A stretch of DNA of 64,000 bases from a virus. Taxonomy: Duplodnaviria; Heunggongvirae; Uroviricota; Caudoviricetes. The DNA is taken from the IMG/VR virus record IMGVR_UViG_3300021400_000932; one strand, 5' to 3'. The translations under genes and the position numbers were made by a program. Positions 47,544 through 56,549 of this stretch are shown one piece after another. Below the pieces are notes generated by a model that saw only the letters and a list, made by a program, of their open reading frames with translations, was not told where the DNA came from and searched no databases. The stretch's first letter is position 1. Every line of letters starts with the position of its first letter.

Positions 47544-48131
47544 TTACATATATTGTTTGTATGTTTCTTTGAATTCTTCTGGAGGGATAAACCTGCTAAC
47601 GCAGTTATTTGTTTGGTCAATTTCGACTAATTCATTTCTAAAATAGTCGCTGTCTAACAAACTACAGTCAACAGCAGTATCCAATTCAGCATCATATCGA
47701 AGAAACCAGTTTTCAACCCAATTATCCACAGATATATTTTTAAAGACAAAGAATTTATATTTTGATGTATCTATGTTTCTAATATCGGAAGCAACCAAAC
47801 GAAATCTGTCTTCGTAAACTGTTCCCTCAAGTTGCGCTTCCTTCATAAACTTTTCGATGCGGTCTGCCACAAAATCTTTGTCTTTCGTGCAGAACACTTG
47901 TTGATTTGAAAGTTCCCAACAAATCTGTTCTACAGGGTTTTCGCCTTTGTTCATAATTTTGTTAAGCTGTTTTTCGCCCTCCGTAATAGAAAAGCCAATC
48001 ACGCTACCGGTATGATACTTCAGCTCAAGAAACTGCCAAATCGCAGGACAGAACAGCCAAGCATTGTGATAGTTGTTCAGCTCTACGCCACGCAAATCAG
48101 AAGTAATCCCATACAATGTACTGTGGCTCAT
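47544..48131 (-). CDS. Hypothetical protein
   Basis: 195 aa ORF. Confidence 0.7.
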   Translation of the reverse strand: MSHSTLYGITSDLRGVELNNYHNAWLFCPAIWQFLELKYHTGSVIGFSITEGEKQLNKIMNKGENPVEQICWELSNQQVFCTKDKDFVADRIEKFMKEAQLEGTVYEDRFRLVASDIRNIDTSKYKFFVFKNISVDNWVENWFLRYDAELDTAVDCSLLDSDYFRNELVEIDQTNNCVSRFIPPEEFKETYKQYM

Positions 48132-48143
48132 ATTTGTGTTCCC

Positions 48144-48797
48144 TCAATCCCAATAGGCATTTACATCTTTGTAATCAGGGTAATGCTCAGCCATATAGGT
48201 TTCCAGCTCTTCCTTAGTGGCTTTCTCAACTTCATCCTGCTTGCGGAAGTCATCAAAAGAGTCTTTGGCTGTGGTAGAATAAATAATTTCTCCGCAATCC
48301 TTTACATAGCCGATGGTCGGTGATTTGCACCAGGCTTCGTAGCCGACTTCTGCATAGTCGGCTGTGTGGTCAACACGAGTTGTGTACCTTGTATCGAAAT
48401 TGATGAATGCATCTCTGTCATAAAATGCGGCCTTGTAGAAGAATGATGCACGCTTTCTGCCCTTATCATCAATCAAATCATTCCACAGCGGATGAGATGT
48501 AGCTTCGATTTTCCAGTCATCCGGCAACTGAACATTCCAAAACATGTCATCATATTCATCAATGACTTTGATACCCATTTTCTCATACTGTGCTTTCGTG
48601 AATTCAAAATCATCGTGCTTATGATAACCAGAACAGTGGTTGGTAGCTTTAGGAAGTCGGCGATACTCAACCACCATCTGCTGTCCTCGCTTCTCCTGAT
48701 TTTCGATAGCCTTAGAAGGACTTTCACCCTCTTGTGCATACAGAAAAGCATCGAATAATGTAAGCTCGTTGTCTAATTTCGTGTTGTCAAATGCCAT
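48144..48797 (-). CDS. Conserved-looking phage protein
   Basis: IENQEKRGQ...HPLW..L.D.KGRKRASFFYKAAFYDRDA; C-ending codon bias. Confidence 0.75.
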   Translation of the reverse strand: MAFDNTKLDNELTLFDAFLYAQEGESPSKAIENQEKRGQQMVVEYRRLPKATNHCSGYHKHDDFEFTKAQYEKMGIKVIDEYDDMFWNVQLPDDWKIEATSHPLWNDLIDDKGRKRASFFYKAAFYDRDAFINFDTRYTTRVDHTADYAEVGYEAWCKSPTIGYVKDCGEIIYSTTAKDSFDDFRKQDEVEKATKEELETYMAEHYPDYKDVNAYWD

Positions 48798-48802
48798 AAT
48801 AG

Positions 48803-49231
48803 TTACTCACCTTTCTTTGTATCATAAATATTTCCTATGATTTTAATATTTTCTGATTGGATTCGAGATAGCGGAAAATAGAAACTTGACGGACACTCTT
48901 TGTTCGGACCACCGGTTATTATATACTGACAGCACTCGAATTTGATTTGTCCTACATAGCACATATCCCCGTTATCCCATTCGTGAAATTTACAGATATC
49001 TCCCTCAAATATCTTCTGACCAGCACTATCCACCATTCCGGTAAATTCCGAAACCGTTTCTGGGTCAACTTCTATGTACCCATGAACTGCGTTCTTATAT
49101 GCCGGAGAGTATTTTCCTAATAGGTATGCACCTTGAAATGTATTAGTCACACCCTCATATTCAAGATGCAGAGAACCCTCATACCATTCTCCGTTTTCAA
49201 TACGCTTGGCACGAAATAATATTTGTCGCAT
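48803..49231 (-). CDS. YopX-family protein (copy 3)
   Basis: MRQILFRAKR...FTGMVD..GQKIFEGDI...IIGNIYD. Confidence 0.9.
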   Translation of the reverse strand: MRQILFRAKRIENGEWYEGSLHLEYEGVTNTFQGAYLLGKYSPAYKNAVHGYIEVDPETVSEFTGMVDSAGQKIFEGDICKFHEWDNGDMCYVGQIKFECCQYIITGGPNKECPSSFYFPLSRIQSENIKIIGNIYDTKKGE

Positions 49232-49233
49232 AG

Positions 49234-49614
49234 TTACACCTCACCAACCCTTTTGTTCCACTTTGCCTTCAGTTCTTCGACCTGTTTATCATAATCGGGG
49301 GACCATCCACTCAGAGCATCGCCGATTTCAGCTCCGCAATCCGGATTTTGGCATTTCATTTTATGCCACTGTGATGTATCGCTGTTTTCATGCGAACTGA
49401 CATAAAATTTGGCTTCTCCACCGCAGAATGGACATGGCTTATATGGACTCTTCGGTACATCTGTTTCTCTGCTGAGATATTCCACCCAGCACTCCTTACA
49501 AGTAAGCTCGCTTTGACAGGAATCAGGGTCATCCATGCACAAGGCATCATAAGAAAGATAGTCTGCCATTTCTTCTATTGATGTAGTGTTTTTAATTCTG
49601 CTATAGTTTGTCAT
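49234..49614 (-). CDS. Lar-like restriction-alleviation zinc-finger protein
   Basis: YKPCPFCGGEA...CQNPDCGA...WNKRV; N-terminus resembles 50500-50817. Confidence 0.65.
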   Translation of the reverse strand: MTNYSRIKNTTSIEEMADYLSYDALCMDDPDSCQSELTCKECWVEYLSRETDVPKSPYKPCPFCGGEAKFYVSSHENSDTSQWHKMKCQNPDCGAEIGDALSGWSPDYDKQVEELKAKWNKRVGEV

Positions 49615-50063
49615 TTGCTCACCTCAAAAAGCTCTGGATTGTCATAAATATTTCCGATAACTTCTGTTGCACCACCAGGCAAAAAGTACATGGGGGTTGG
49701 CTCGCCGTATGTATTGATTGCATCATATCCGCCAGCAGTAAAAACTATCTTTTTTGTGGACTCCATAGTACACATTTCACCACCATCAAATGGTGACGGA
49801 TATTCATATTTTGTATGTACAATGTCACCATCGAAAATTTTATCATTGTCCTTATCGACCACACCTGTGAACTGAGAAACAGTATTTCCTACTACTTCAA
49901 CTTGGATTTCACCAATCGGTTTGTCTTTTGGCAATGGCACATCGAGCGGGATTATGAAATGATGGACATGGTTCCTATCATCATTGTGATGCATACAAAA
50001 ATAAAAACCATATACCCATTCTCCATCTGATATGCGCTTACCTCGAAATAGTACTTCAGTCAT
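49611..50063 (-). CDS. YopX-family protein (copy 2)
   Basis: MTEVLFRGKR..GEWVYG...QFTG..DK...IFDGDI...EVIGNIYDNPEL. Confidence 0.9.
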   Translation of the reverse strand: MTEVLFRGKRISDGEWVYGFYFCMHHNDDRNHVHHFIIPLDVPLPKDKPIGEIQVEVVGNTVSQFTGVVDKDNDKIFDGDIVHTKYEYPSPFDGGEMCTMESTKKIVFTAGGYDAINTYGEPTPMYFLPGGATEVIGNIYDNPELFEVSK

Positions 50064-50066
50064 AAC

Positions 50067-50480
50067 TTATTCTCCCTCTAACAATGTTGGATTGTCATAG
50101 ATATTTCCAATGACTTCACATGATTTAGGATTAAACCAACCGAATGCAACTCCGGAACGCCTAAAAGCAAACCGAGCATATTTTGCGGTAAACATACATT
50201 CATATCGAATCCCGTTCTCATTCAGAACAATGTCACCCTCAAAGATTTTTCGGTCATTTTTATCCAGCATACCAGAAAACTGTCCGATTGTCTGTATATC
50301 TACTTTAAACGATTCCGCTTCAAGTAATTGTGGACTTTCGGCTGAATCATTGTAGTGTACATTTATGGTTGTTCCTGTTTCACAGATATAGCACCAACCA
50401 TTTTCTCCCATTAGAATGTTTGTACCCTCTATCCATTCTCCGGTATCGAGCCGCTTTCCTCGAAATAATATCTCACTCAT
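50067..50480 (-). CDS. YopX-family protein (copy 1)
   Basis: MSEILFRGKR..GEWIEG...QFSG..DK...IFEGDI...EVIGNIYDNP. Confidence 0.9.
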   Translation of the reverse strand: MSEILFRGKRLDTGEWIEGTNILMGENGWCYICETGTTINVHYNDSAESPQLLEAESFKVDIQTIGQFSGMLDKNDRKIFEGDIVLNENGIRYECMFTAKYARFAFRRSGVAFGWFNPKSCEVIGNIYDNPTLLEGE

Positions 50481-50499
50481 AGTTTTATCCTCACAGCGC

Positions 50500-50817
50500 T
50501 TAGTCTTTCATATAGGGGCAGTTTTCCATGAAATCTTCTGTTGGCGTCCAGTCATCAAGTACGATAGCCATAGTGACATCGCAGATGCTGTCACCCTCGC
50601 CGATGTACTGACAGTTTGGACAAACATCGGGATTGCAGAAGATTTTATAGTTCTCGGAATCATCTACTTCCGATTCTAACCACTTCTTGTTCGGACTTTT
50701 CGTAGATGGTCCGCCAAGGCATGTCATGATAGTATCAGCACACAAACCACACAGAAAGTTTTCCATTTCATCAATGTCCATGCTTTTGATTTTCTCAAAG
50801 TTTGTCATCCAGTTCAC
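50500..50817 (-). CDS. Cys-containing hypothetical protein
   Basis: MTNFEKIKSMDIDEM..FL N-terminus; CPNCQY. Confidence 0.7.
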   Translation of the reverse strand: MNWMTNFEKIKSMDIDEMENFLCGLCADTIMTCLGGPSTKSPNKKWLESEVDDSENYKIFCNPDVCPNCQYIGEGDSICDVTMAIVLDDWTPTEDFMENCPYMKD

Positions 50818-51139
50818 CTTCGCATTCTTTATTTAATTCATTATCTCGGTTCTTTATTTCTTGTGTCACAATGCGTAAGAAATTTTGCCAATCTTTATAA
50901 TGTTCATATGTACCATAGGCATCCATCTCATGCAAAGGGCCGCTGTGTTTTTTGATATCATCGTAGATTACATGTAAATCCATATCAGATAGATACGATA
51001 TGTTTGTTGTGACGACCCTTTGTACAATGCTCGGCATATATGTTTTTCTTCCCAAGCAATATCGGATAGCACAAATGCAGAGAGAACCGAAATCCTCTCT
51101 GCTGATTTCTGATATTGTGATTAAGTCTTCTGCCGACAT
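50795..51139 (-). CDS. Hypothetical protein
   Basis: CAIRYCLGRKTYMP motif. Confidence 0.7.
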   Translation of the reverse strand: MSAEDLITISEISREDFGSLCICAIRYCLGRKTYMPSIVQRVVTTNISYLSDMDLHVIYDDIKKHSGPLHEMDAYGTYEHYKDWQNFLRIVTQEIKNRDNELNKECEGELDDKL

Positions 51140-51168
51140 ATGATTATTCCTTTCTGGTGTTGAATCTC

Positions 51169-51786
51169 CTACAGCTTATATGTTTTGCTTTTCTTCGCTC
51201 CGCAGCCTTTGGAGTACTCTTCTATCCAAACTACTTTTCCATCTTTGTAATGACGGAAATGACCTCGTACATTGAATGTTCCTTGTGGACTTCTATGCTT
51301 ACCGTGGGGCATAATCGCCGCTGTTTTAGAATCTCTGCGAAGAACATAAGTGATTCCAGATGATTTGGATTTCTTCGATTTCTTCTTAGTCGGTGTATGC
51401 TTATTGTCGGTAGGCTTGCGGTCAATCTGTTTTGCCGGTCGAGTTATCTCATTACCATATGCAAGCAAAGCCATAGTAGATGCATATGTTGTCATAATGG
51501 ATTGAATTGCTTCCATATCTAAGATTTCGGAAGTTTTATCGTCTACCTTATAGAATCCAGATGGAAGGATATGTGCAATCAGCTTACCATAGGGTCGTTC
51601 ATCTAAGGTTACATTAATCTTTACGGCATCACCATCTCTAACACAGGTCATAGCAATACCATTGACTCTGGAAATTATTCTGATTGCTCTGATAGGACAA
51701 ACACATTGATGTACATAGTCGATATGCTTATCTCGCCAATCGAGCAAAAATTCCATATCTTCTTTTGTGTAAAATATCTTATCCAT
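51169..51786 (-). CDS. Basic hypothetical phage protein
   Basis: C-terminal VRGHFRHYKDGKVVWI motif. Confidence 0.75.
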   Translation of the reverse strand: MDKIFYTKEDMEFLLDWRDKHIDYVHQCVCPIRAIRIISRVNGIAMTCVRDGDAVKINVTLDERPYGKLIAHILPSGFYKVDDKTSEILDMEAIQSIMTTYASTMALLAYGNEITRPAKQIDRKPTDNKHTPTKKKSKKSKSSGITYVLRRDSKTAAIMPHGKHRSPQGTFNVRGHFRHYKDGKVVWIEEYSKGCGAKKSKTYKL

Positions 51787-51800
51787 AGCTTACCTCAGCA

Positions 51801-52238
51801 TTATGCCGGAGCTGTCCAATACCCATAGACACATCTTGTACCATCTCTGGTTGGGTCATAAGTATCATGACATTCTCCATCAATCCAAGCTGTGCAATGC
51901 TTCGACAATGAAAGTACCAATCTTCCTTGTTTCGGTAATTCATCTGCTGTTGCATGTACTTTACATCCAGAACCGATAGTCATACATGGTGTCCAAGTGA
52001 ATCCGAGTTCCGCAGCCAGTCGCTGTATATCTTCCTTATACACACCAGAACGGGCAGAAGATTTGCCGGCACCTCTTCTCTTTCTACCTCGGTATGGATG
52101 TGCTTTTGAAATATTATTTATCATTGTGTAGATTTCTTTGTAGGGTCTTTGACTTGCGATTGCAAAAGCTCTGCAAACACAGTCTCCTGCGGTTCCTTTG
52201 TATCCCGCAAGTTTTCTTCCACCATCATCAATAATCAT
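51801..52238 (-). CDS. Conserved-looking phage protein
   Basis: Start reassigned to ATG 52238 (ATGA overlap); GDCVCRAFAIA...Y motif. Confidence 0.7.
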   Translation of the reverse strand: MIIDDGGRKLAGYKGTAGDCVCRAFAIASQRPYKEIYTMINNISKAHPYRGRKRRGAGKSSARSGVYKEDIQRLAAELGFTWTPCMTIGSGCKVHATADELPKQGRLVLSLSKHCTAWIDGECHDTYDPTRDGTRCVYGYWTAPA

Positions 52239-52595
52239 TCTGAAGTCCTTTCTGAAATATCTCCGGATGTTCCGAAGTGAAGTAACTTTAATCCTAAAAT
52301 GGTAGCTTGTTTTTTGCTTAGATGCATCCTTGTGTGCAGTAGAACTTCTTCCGGAATCGGATAATCCACCCATCCGGCAGTAGGCTTATCTTTTGAAATC
52401 AAACCGAGTTTTACTGCATCTTTTTCCATTATGAGTGGTTCGGAATCCTCTATTCCCAACCAAATGAAATCATCTTCTGCATTTGAACTTTCTTGTAAGG
52501 AACAGAGGTTATCATAGCTATCTTTGAATAGCAGCTTGATGAACCCTCGCTGGGTAGTTGTTTGTTCAAAGAACTCGTGTTGTTTGTTGGACATA
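52235..52595 (-). CDS. Conserved-looking phage protein
   Basis: Probable start MSNKQ; F.D.Y...CSLQESS.A....IWLG...TRMHL motif. Confidence 0.7.
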
Positions 52596-52604
52596 GCATC
52601 ATCC

Positions 52605-52973
52605 TCATTCAGCAACAACATATCCACTGTGAACAAGATAGGTGTTAGCAGTAAGAGGTTCCCATTCATTCACAAGTTCTACATGCTGAGTTTCGGTTTC
52701 TTTCTTAATGATGATACCGTCTCTTACCAAGGAAGCGAAATCGCTCGCATAGTACTTTTCGGGTCTGTATATATGAAGTCCATCTTCATAGCCAAGAGGA
52801 ACAGCTTGAACTTTGCCATACATACCGTCAGAGATTGTACACTCAACAAGTGCCATATCACCGCCGGAAATACTAAACCCAAAACTGCCGAATGAAACTA
52901 CTGTTTCTATCTTCTCAAGAGGAATGAAGTAGTGTGCGGTAAAGTCGATATTATAAAAATCAGAAGTTGACAT
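52605..52973 (-). CDS. Hypothetical protein
   Basis: 122 aa ORF with AGGAG RBS. Confidence 0.65.
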   Translation of the reverse strand: MSTSDFYNIDFTAHYFIPLEKIETVVSFGSFGFSISGGDMALVECTISDGMYGKVQAVPLGYEDGLHIYRPEKYYASDFASLVRDGIIIKKETETQHVELVNEWEPLTANTYLVHSGYVVAE

Positions 52974-52989
52974 AGGGATTCTCCTTATT

Positions 52990-53304
52990 TCATATTGCTT
53001 CGAGTCGTGTAATAAAGCCGTCTGTGTCTACATTCATAATGAATGCCCACCCAACCGTTTCAGCGAAGTCCTTCAAAACGTCGACGGTGTGGTCTATGGC
53101 GATAAATTTTGATTCGACAGAATTAGGAACTTCGCCAATGGTGTTTTTCATATCGAAACAACTTTCAAGTGTTTCATTGTAATCAGCCATCAAGGACTGA
53201 AGTTTTTTGTTCATAACATCAAGAATGTGGTTTTCTGTCATAGTTCGATACCGCCTTTCATCACCACGAATCGTGGCCGAATATGAAGAACTCTCCGCAA
53301 TCAA
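52990..53304 (-). CDS. Hypothetical protein
   Basis: ORF in operon; the probable start is MTENH. Confidence 0.6.
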   Translation of the reverse strand: MIAESSSYSATIRGDERRYRTMTENHILDVMNKKLQSLMADYNETLESCFDMKNTIGEVPNSVESKFIAIDHTVDVLKDFAETVGWAFIMNVDTDGFITRLEAI

Positions 53305-53683
53305 CTACCGAAAAAGCTCGCTGATTGAAATGGTCAACCCATTCGAATTTCTTGAACAGGTCATACAGGCGTCTTGTGACATTCTTGTTAGTGCCTTTGA
53401 TTCCCTCAAAGTTGATACAAAGGTATCCGTCATCAGGTTCCCCTAAACAGTATTCAAGGAAATCATCGGTAGAGGGATACAGGCGGTTGGAAACCTCTTG
53501 AAGAGTCTTGTAGATAACCCCTTTTCGACCCTCATATTTTTCATAGGCTCTCTGAATTTTGCCAACAGTTGCAGAATCGAAAACAGCAACCCTAACTTCT
53601 TCTTTATCTCCCCAGCGGTCGATATAGGTTTCTTTTGTTGTACGCAAAGGTTTTACTAACATTTTTGTGTCATCCTTCCCCAC
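53261..53683 (-). CDS. Hypothetical protein
   Basis: ORF in operon; the probable start is MLVKP. Confidence 0.6.
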   Translation of the reverse strand: MGKDDTKMLVKPLRTTKETYIDRWGDKEEVRVAVFDSATVGKIQRAYEKYEGRKGVIYKTLQEVSNRLYPSTDDFLEYCLGEPDDGYLCINFEGIKGTNKNVTRRLYDLFKKFEWVDHFNQRAFSVVDCGEFFIFGHDSW

Positions 53684-53780
53684 CCAAACATAGTTTGTTT
53701 ATTCTACTATAGTGAACTCTCTCCCACCTAAAGAGGTGGGAGCTTCGTAAGAAGATTGGTATTTAAGTATCCACCCGAAA

Positions 53781-55031
53781 TCAGGCAACCCTTATTCTTA
53801 CAGGCGTGTCCACTTCGCCTCTACTGTATAGGACTGTTAAGTCCACAACGCTACTTTTTCTTAAAATATTCAATGCACCATTGACATCTGCATTAAGTAA
53901 TATTCCGTCAGCAGTTCTGTATAGTCCTCTCCATATACGTGTTCCGCTGAATTTATAAGCCTGCGGATTATCTGCATTGTATACAGGAATATTATCCCTG
54001 TCCCAGAAAGATGCCTGTGATGTATAGCTTTCTTCCTGTTCAACAAAAACAATGCCGTTCAGTTCACAGAGATATTCCAATTTTGAACGCAGTTTACCAT
54101 ACGGAATATTGACAAAGTTCTGTGCATTTTTCTTTTTCATGTGTACATTCTTCTGAAATGTTTCGTTATAGCCGATTACAAGCGTTCCAATATCATGGGC
54201 AATACAATAATCAATGATTTTTCTTGCAGTTTTGCTCATGTAGTCATTGACTCGTCTGTTCCTTTTACCAGCTAAGATTTTCTGCCGGTTTGTTGTTCCT
54301 TTTTTATCGCCCTGCCTATCTTTGATACCTTGCAGTCTTGCATTTTCTTTGTTGAACCACTGATTGACAGCTTTCAGTTGTCTGCCATCAATGATGAAAC
54401 TTCTGCCTTGATTTGATACAGCAGTCACAAGATTATTTACACCTAAATCCAGAGCAAGTGCATTGTTTTTGTTAAGATTTCTCTGAATACATTCAACTTC
54501 ATAAGTATACTGAATTTCAAAGAACCTTGCTCCTGATTTTGGGATGATTCTGATTTCCTTGATATGCTTATCAGCGAGTATTGGCGGCATCTTAAATTCA
54601 ACAGGTTTGTGTGTTCTTTTGAAAGTGTTGGAATATGGCAGAATCAGCTTGTTTTCTTTCAGTCGGACAAAGCCTATCACAAGTGTTGTAAATCCATCTT
54701 TTGGTAGATAATGCGGTAATTTGCAGCCCCCGAAAGAATATTTTCCTTTCTTTGCAAGTTTCAGAAGTCCGAAAAAACTTTTGAATGAACCGTCTACTGC
54801 TTTCAAAATTTGCTGTGCCATGTTAGAATTCAAAGTTTTGTAATTAGGACTGTCTTTCAGCAAGGTGTAATTTTTTTCATAGTTCAGATATTTGCCCTCT
54901 GTGAAATAATACTGACGGACATTGTAGATTGCCTCATTAGCAAGATTTTTTGCTGTATGACACAATTCTCTCAAAATACTGTATTCTTCCTTTGACAGAT
55001 GTTTTACTTGTTGCTTTACTGTTAGATACAT
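53781..55031 (-). CDS. tnpB: TnpB-family endonuclease
   Basis: MYLTVKQQVKHLSKEEY N-terminus, ALDLGVNN, EESYTSQ, NADVNGA. Confidence 0.92.
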   Translation of the reverse strand: MYLTVKQQVKHLSKEEYSILRELCHTAKNLANEAIYNVRQYYFTEGKYLNYEKNYTLLKDSPNYKTLNSNMAQQILKAVDGSFKSFFGLLKLAKKGKYSFGGCKLPHYLPKDGFTTLVIGFVRLKENKLILPYSNTFKRTHKPVEFKMPPILADKHIKEIRIIPKSGARFFEIQYTYEVECIQRNLNKNNALALDLGVNNLVTAVSNQGRSFIIDGRQLKAVNQWFNKENARLQGIKDRQGDKKGTTNRQKILAGKRNRRVNDYMSKTARKIIDYCIAHDIGTLVIGYNETFQKNVHMKKKNAQNFVNIPYGKLRSKLEYLCELNGIVFVEQEESYTSQASFWDRDNIPVYNADNPQAYKFSGTRIWRGLYRTADGILLNADVNGALNILRKSSVVDLTVLYSRGEVDTPVRIRVA

Positions 55032-55076
55032 AGTTTTTCTCCTTCCTTTTAGATTTAGGACATTTCCTATGTGTCT

Positions 55077-55105
55077 ATTATAGCCTACATTTTACTGATT
55101 GTCAA
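55077..55105 (-). promoter_or_regulatory. Perfect sigma70/sigmaA consensus promoter in the IS left end
   Basis: TTGACA (55100-55105), 17 nt, TATAAT (55077-55082). Confidence 0.85.
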
Positions 55106-55134
55106 TAGTTTCAGTAAAAATCAGCATTCATGCA

Positions 55135-55410
55135 TCATTTCCACCGTCCTTCATAGATTTCTTCCGAATCACAGGAATCTCTGTAATAGATATTCTTTCT
55201 CTGCCAACCATTGTGTTGCATTGTCACCAGAACAATGTGGTCGGGAAAGATAGAAAGCTGTGAGGTTTCGCCTTGTTCATTCTCTCCGAACATCATCTCT
55301 TCGGATTCACCATACTGAGCCATAAGGTTAAGCATACCTACGCGGTCAGACGGGTCAAAATAGAGTTTGTCTTTGATTGTTATTTCCATGTTTTCTGTCA
55401 TAGATATCAT
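55135..55410 (-). CDS. Hypothetical protein
   Basis: 91 aa ORF with AAGG RBS. Confidence 0.65.
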   Translation of the reverse strand: MISMTENMEITIKDKLYFDPSDRVGMLNLMAQYGESEEMMFGENEQGETSQLSIFPDHIVLVTMQHNGWQRKNIYYRDSCDSEEIYEGRWK

Positions 55411-55419
55411 CCTTTCATA

Positions 55420-55555
55420 TGGCCAATGCGGGTGAGGATTTGCACCTCACATGTGCCTTAGTATCCTCCAAAAAATCCCGTACATAACGTCTCGGTTTTA
55501 ATTGCAGTCTGTTACCCACAGCAACGCTTGCGTCTACCTATTCCGCCACCGCATT
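55420..55555 (-). ncRNA. tRNA-like RNA (136 nt) with an expanded anticodon loop and variable arm
   Basis: Acceptor AATGCGG/CCGCATT, class II-type D arm TGGCGGAATAGGTAGACGC, anticodon-position stem AGCGT/ACGTT closing 33 nt, variable stem ATGT/ACAT, T arm GTGAGG-TGCAAAT-CCTCAC, 3' GGCCA. Confidence 0.75.
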
Positions 55556-55568
55556 ATTTGTGACTCAG

Positions 55569-55922
55569 CTATCGTACTGCGTTCATATCTTCCTCGGCAT
55601 CCGCATCTGAAACATATCTTGCTTCTACTGCACCACAAAGACATCTTCCGGACTTCTTTTGCCATTCGAAAATATATTTAAGTAAGTTGTCGCAGCACCA
55701 AGAACTTTCATTGTATAAAGACTCAATCTGGTCTTTGTCCCACGAAGTAGGAACAAGAACGGGGAGCCTGATTGTGAAATCTACCATCACCGACTTTTGA
55801 GGGATTACACAATCTGATTTATGCCTACCACCTATCGGTTCTCCGCAGTAAAAGCATGTACCATCCGGTCTTGCTGGTCGTTCATCATCAGGTTTTACAA
55901 CCCAAGTGTCTTTTCTTTCCAT
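55569..55922 (-). CDS. Zinc-binding hypothetical protein
   Basis: RPARPDGTCFYCGEPIG..H..DCV; WCCDN. Confidence 0.7.
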   Translation of the reverse strand: MERKDTWVVKPDDERPARPDGTCFYCGEPIGGRHKSDCVIPQKSVMVDFTIRLPVLVPTSWDKDQIESLYNESSWCCDNLLKYIFEWQKKSGRCLCGAVEARYVSDADAEEDMNAVR

Positions 55923-55945
55923 AGTGGAATTCCTCTTTCCGTAAA

Positions 55946-56119
55946 TTAGAAGTAAACACCCTGCTGTGTTTTGTCATTCGCCCTAACACCATGAATCCCT
56001 TTGGACTTGAGAAATTTGATGTATTCATTGGCTTCTTTAAGTGTTGGGAAAGTTCTGTCTTTTCCGAGGTCATCACCAAGTTTGAAACCTCTTTGCGGAA
56101 TAACTGTGTAAGTAGTCAT
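55946..56119 (-). CDS. Small hypothetical protein (57 aa, below the ORF-track cutoff)
   Basis: Manual translation MTTYTVIPQRGFKLG...QQGVYF; fills the operon gap. Confidence 0.55.
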   Translation of the reverse strand: MTTYTVIPQRGFKLGDDLGKDRTFPTLKEANEYIKFLKSKGIHGVRANDKTQQGVYF

Positions 56120-56120
56120 A

Positions 56121-56519
56121 TTAGTTCACCTCCGCATCTCCGCAGTATTTTTGTATGATGGATATTGTTGTGTCATTCAGTCGGTATGTTACAGTAAAAC
56201 CGGAATTGTAAACTTTTACATATCGGTTCTCGATGATGTCCTTTGCCTTTGCGATAAACTCAGATGTTGTTTTTACATTCTTAAAGACTTCAGCGATTCT
56301 GTCTGCCTGATTAACATTATTGTAATACTCAGGCGACCAGATATCATGCTGTTTCAGTGAGGACAGCTTGACGACAAAAATGTTTTCGCTGAGCTTGCGA
56401 ACACCAGGAACCGGAGTTTCCTTAACATCAGCAATAAGTTGCTGCCTGATTTGATGCATCATCTCGGAGATTGTTTTCTCTACTTTCATAATCTCCGATA
56501 GTGTCATAGTTGTATTCAT
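56121..56519 (-). CDS. Hypothetical protein
   Basis: 132 aa ORF with GGAGGT RBS. Confidence 0.7.
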   Translation of the reverse strand: MNTTMTLSEIMKVEKTISEMMHQIRQQLIADVKETPVPGVRKLSENIFVVKLSSLKQHDIWSPEYYNNVNQADRIAEVFKNVKTTSEFIAKAKDIIENRYVKVYNSGFTVTYRLNDTTISIIQKYCGDAEVN

Positions 56520-56549
56520 ATCGCACCTCCAGCATAAAGGCGAGTTGGT

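Larger units (their letters stand above)
53712..55133 (-). mobile_element. IS200/IS605-superfamily TnpB-only element (left end approximate)
   Basis: Right end GAAG-CTCCCACCT-CTTT-AGGTGGGAG...TTCAC ending at 53712; left-end inverted repeat TTTTACTGA/TCAGTAAAA; no transposase. Confidence 0.75.

Noticed and set aside
55420-55555. Canonical tRNA or tmRNA
   Set aside because: No 7-nt anticodon loop, no G3-U70 pair, no tag ORF, and far too short for tmRNA.
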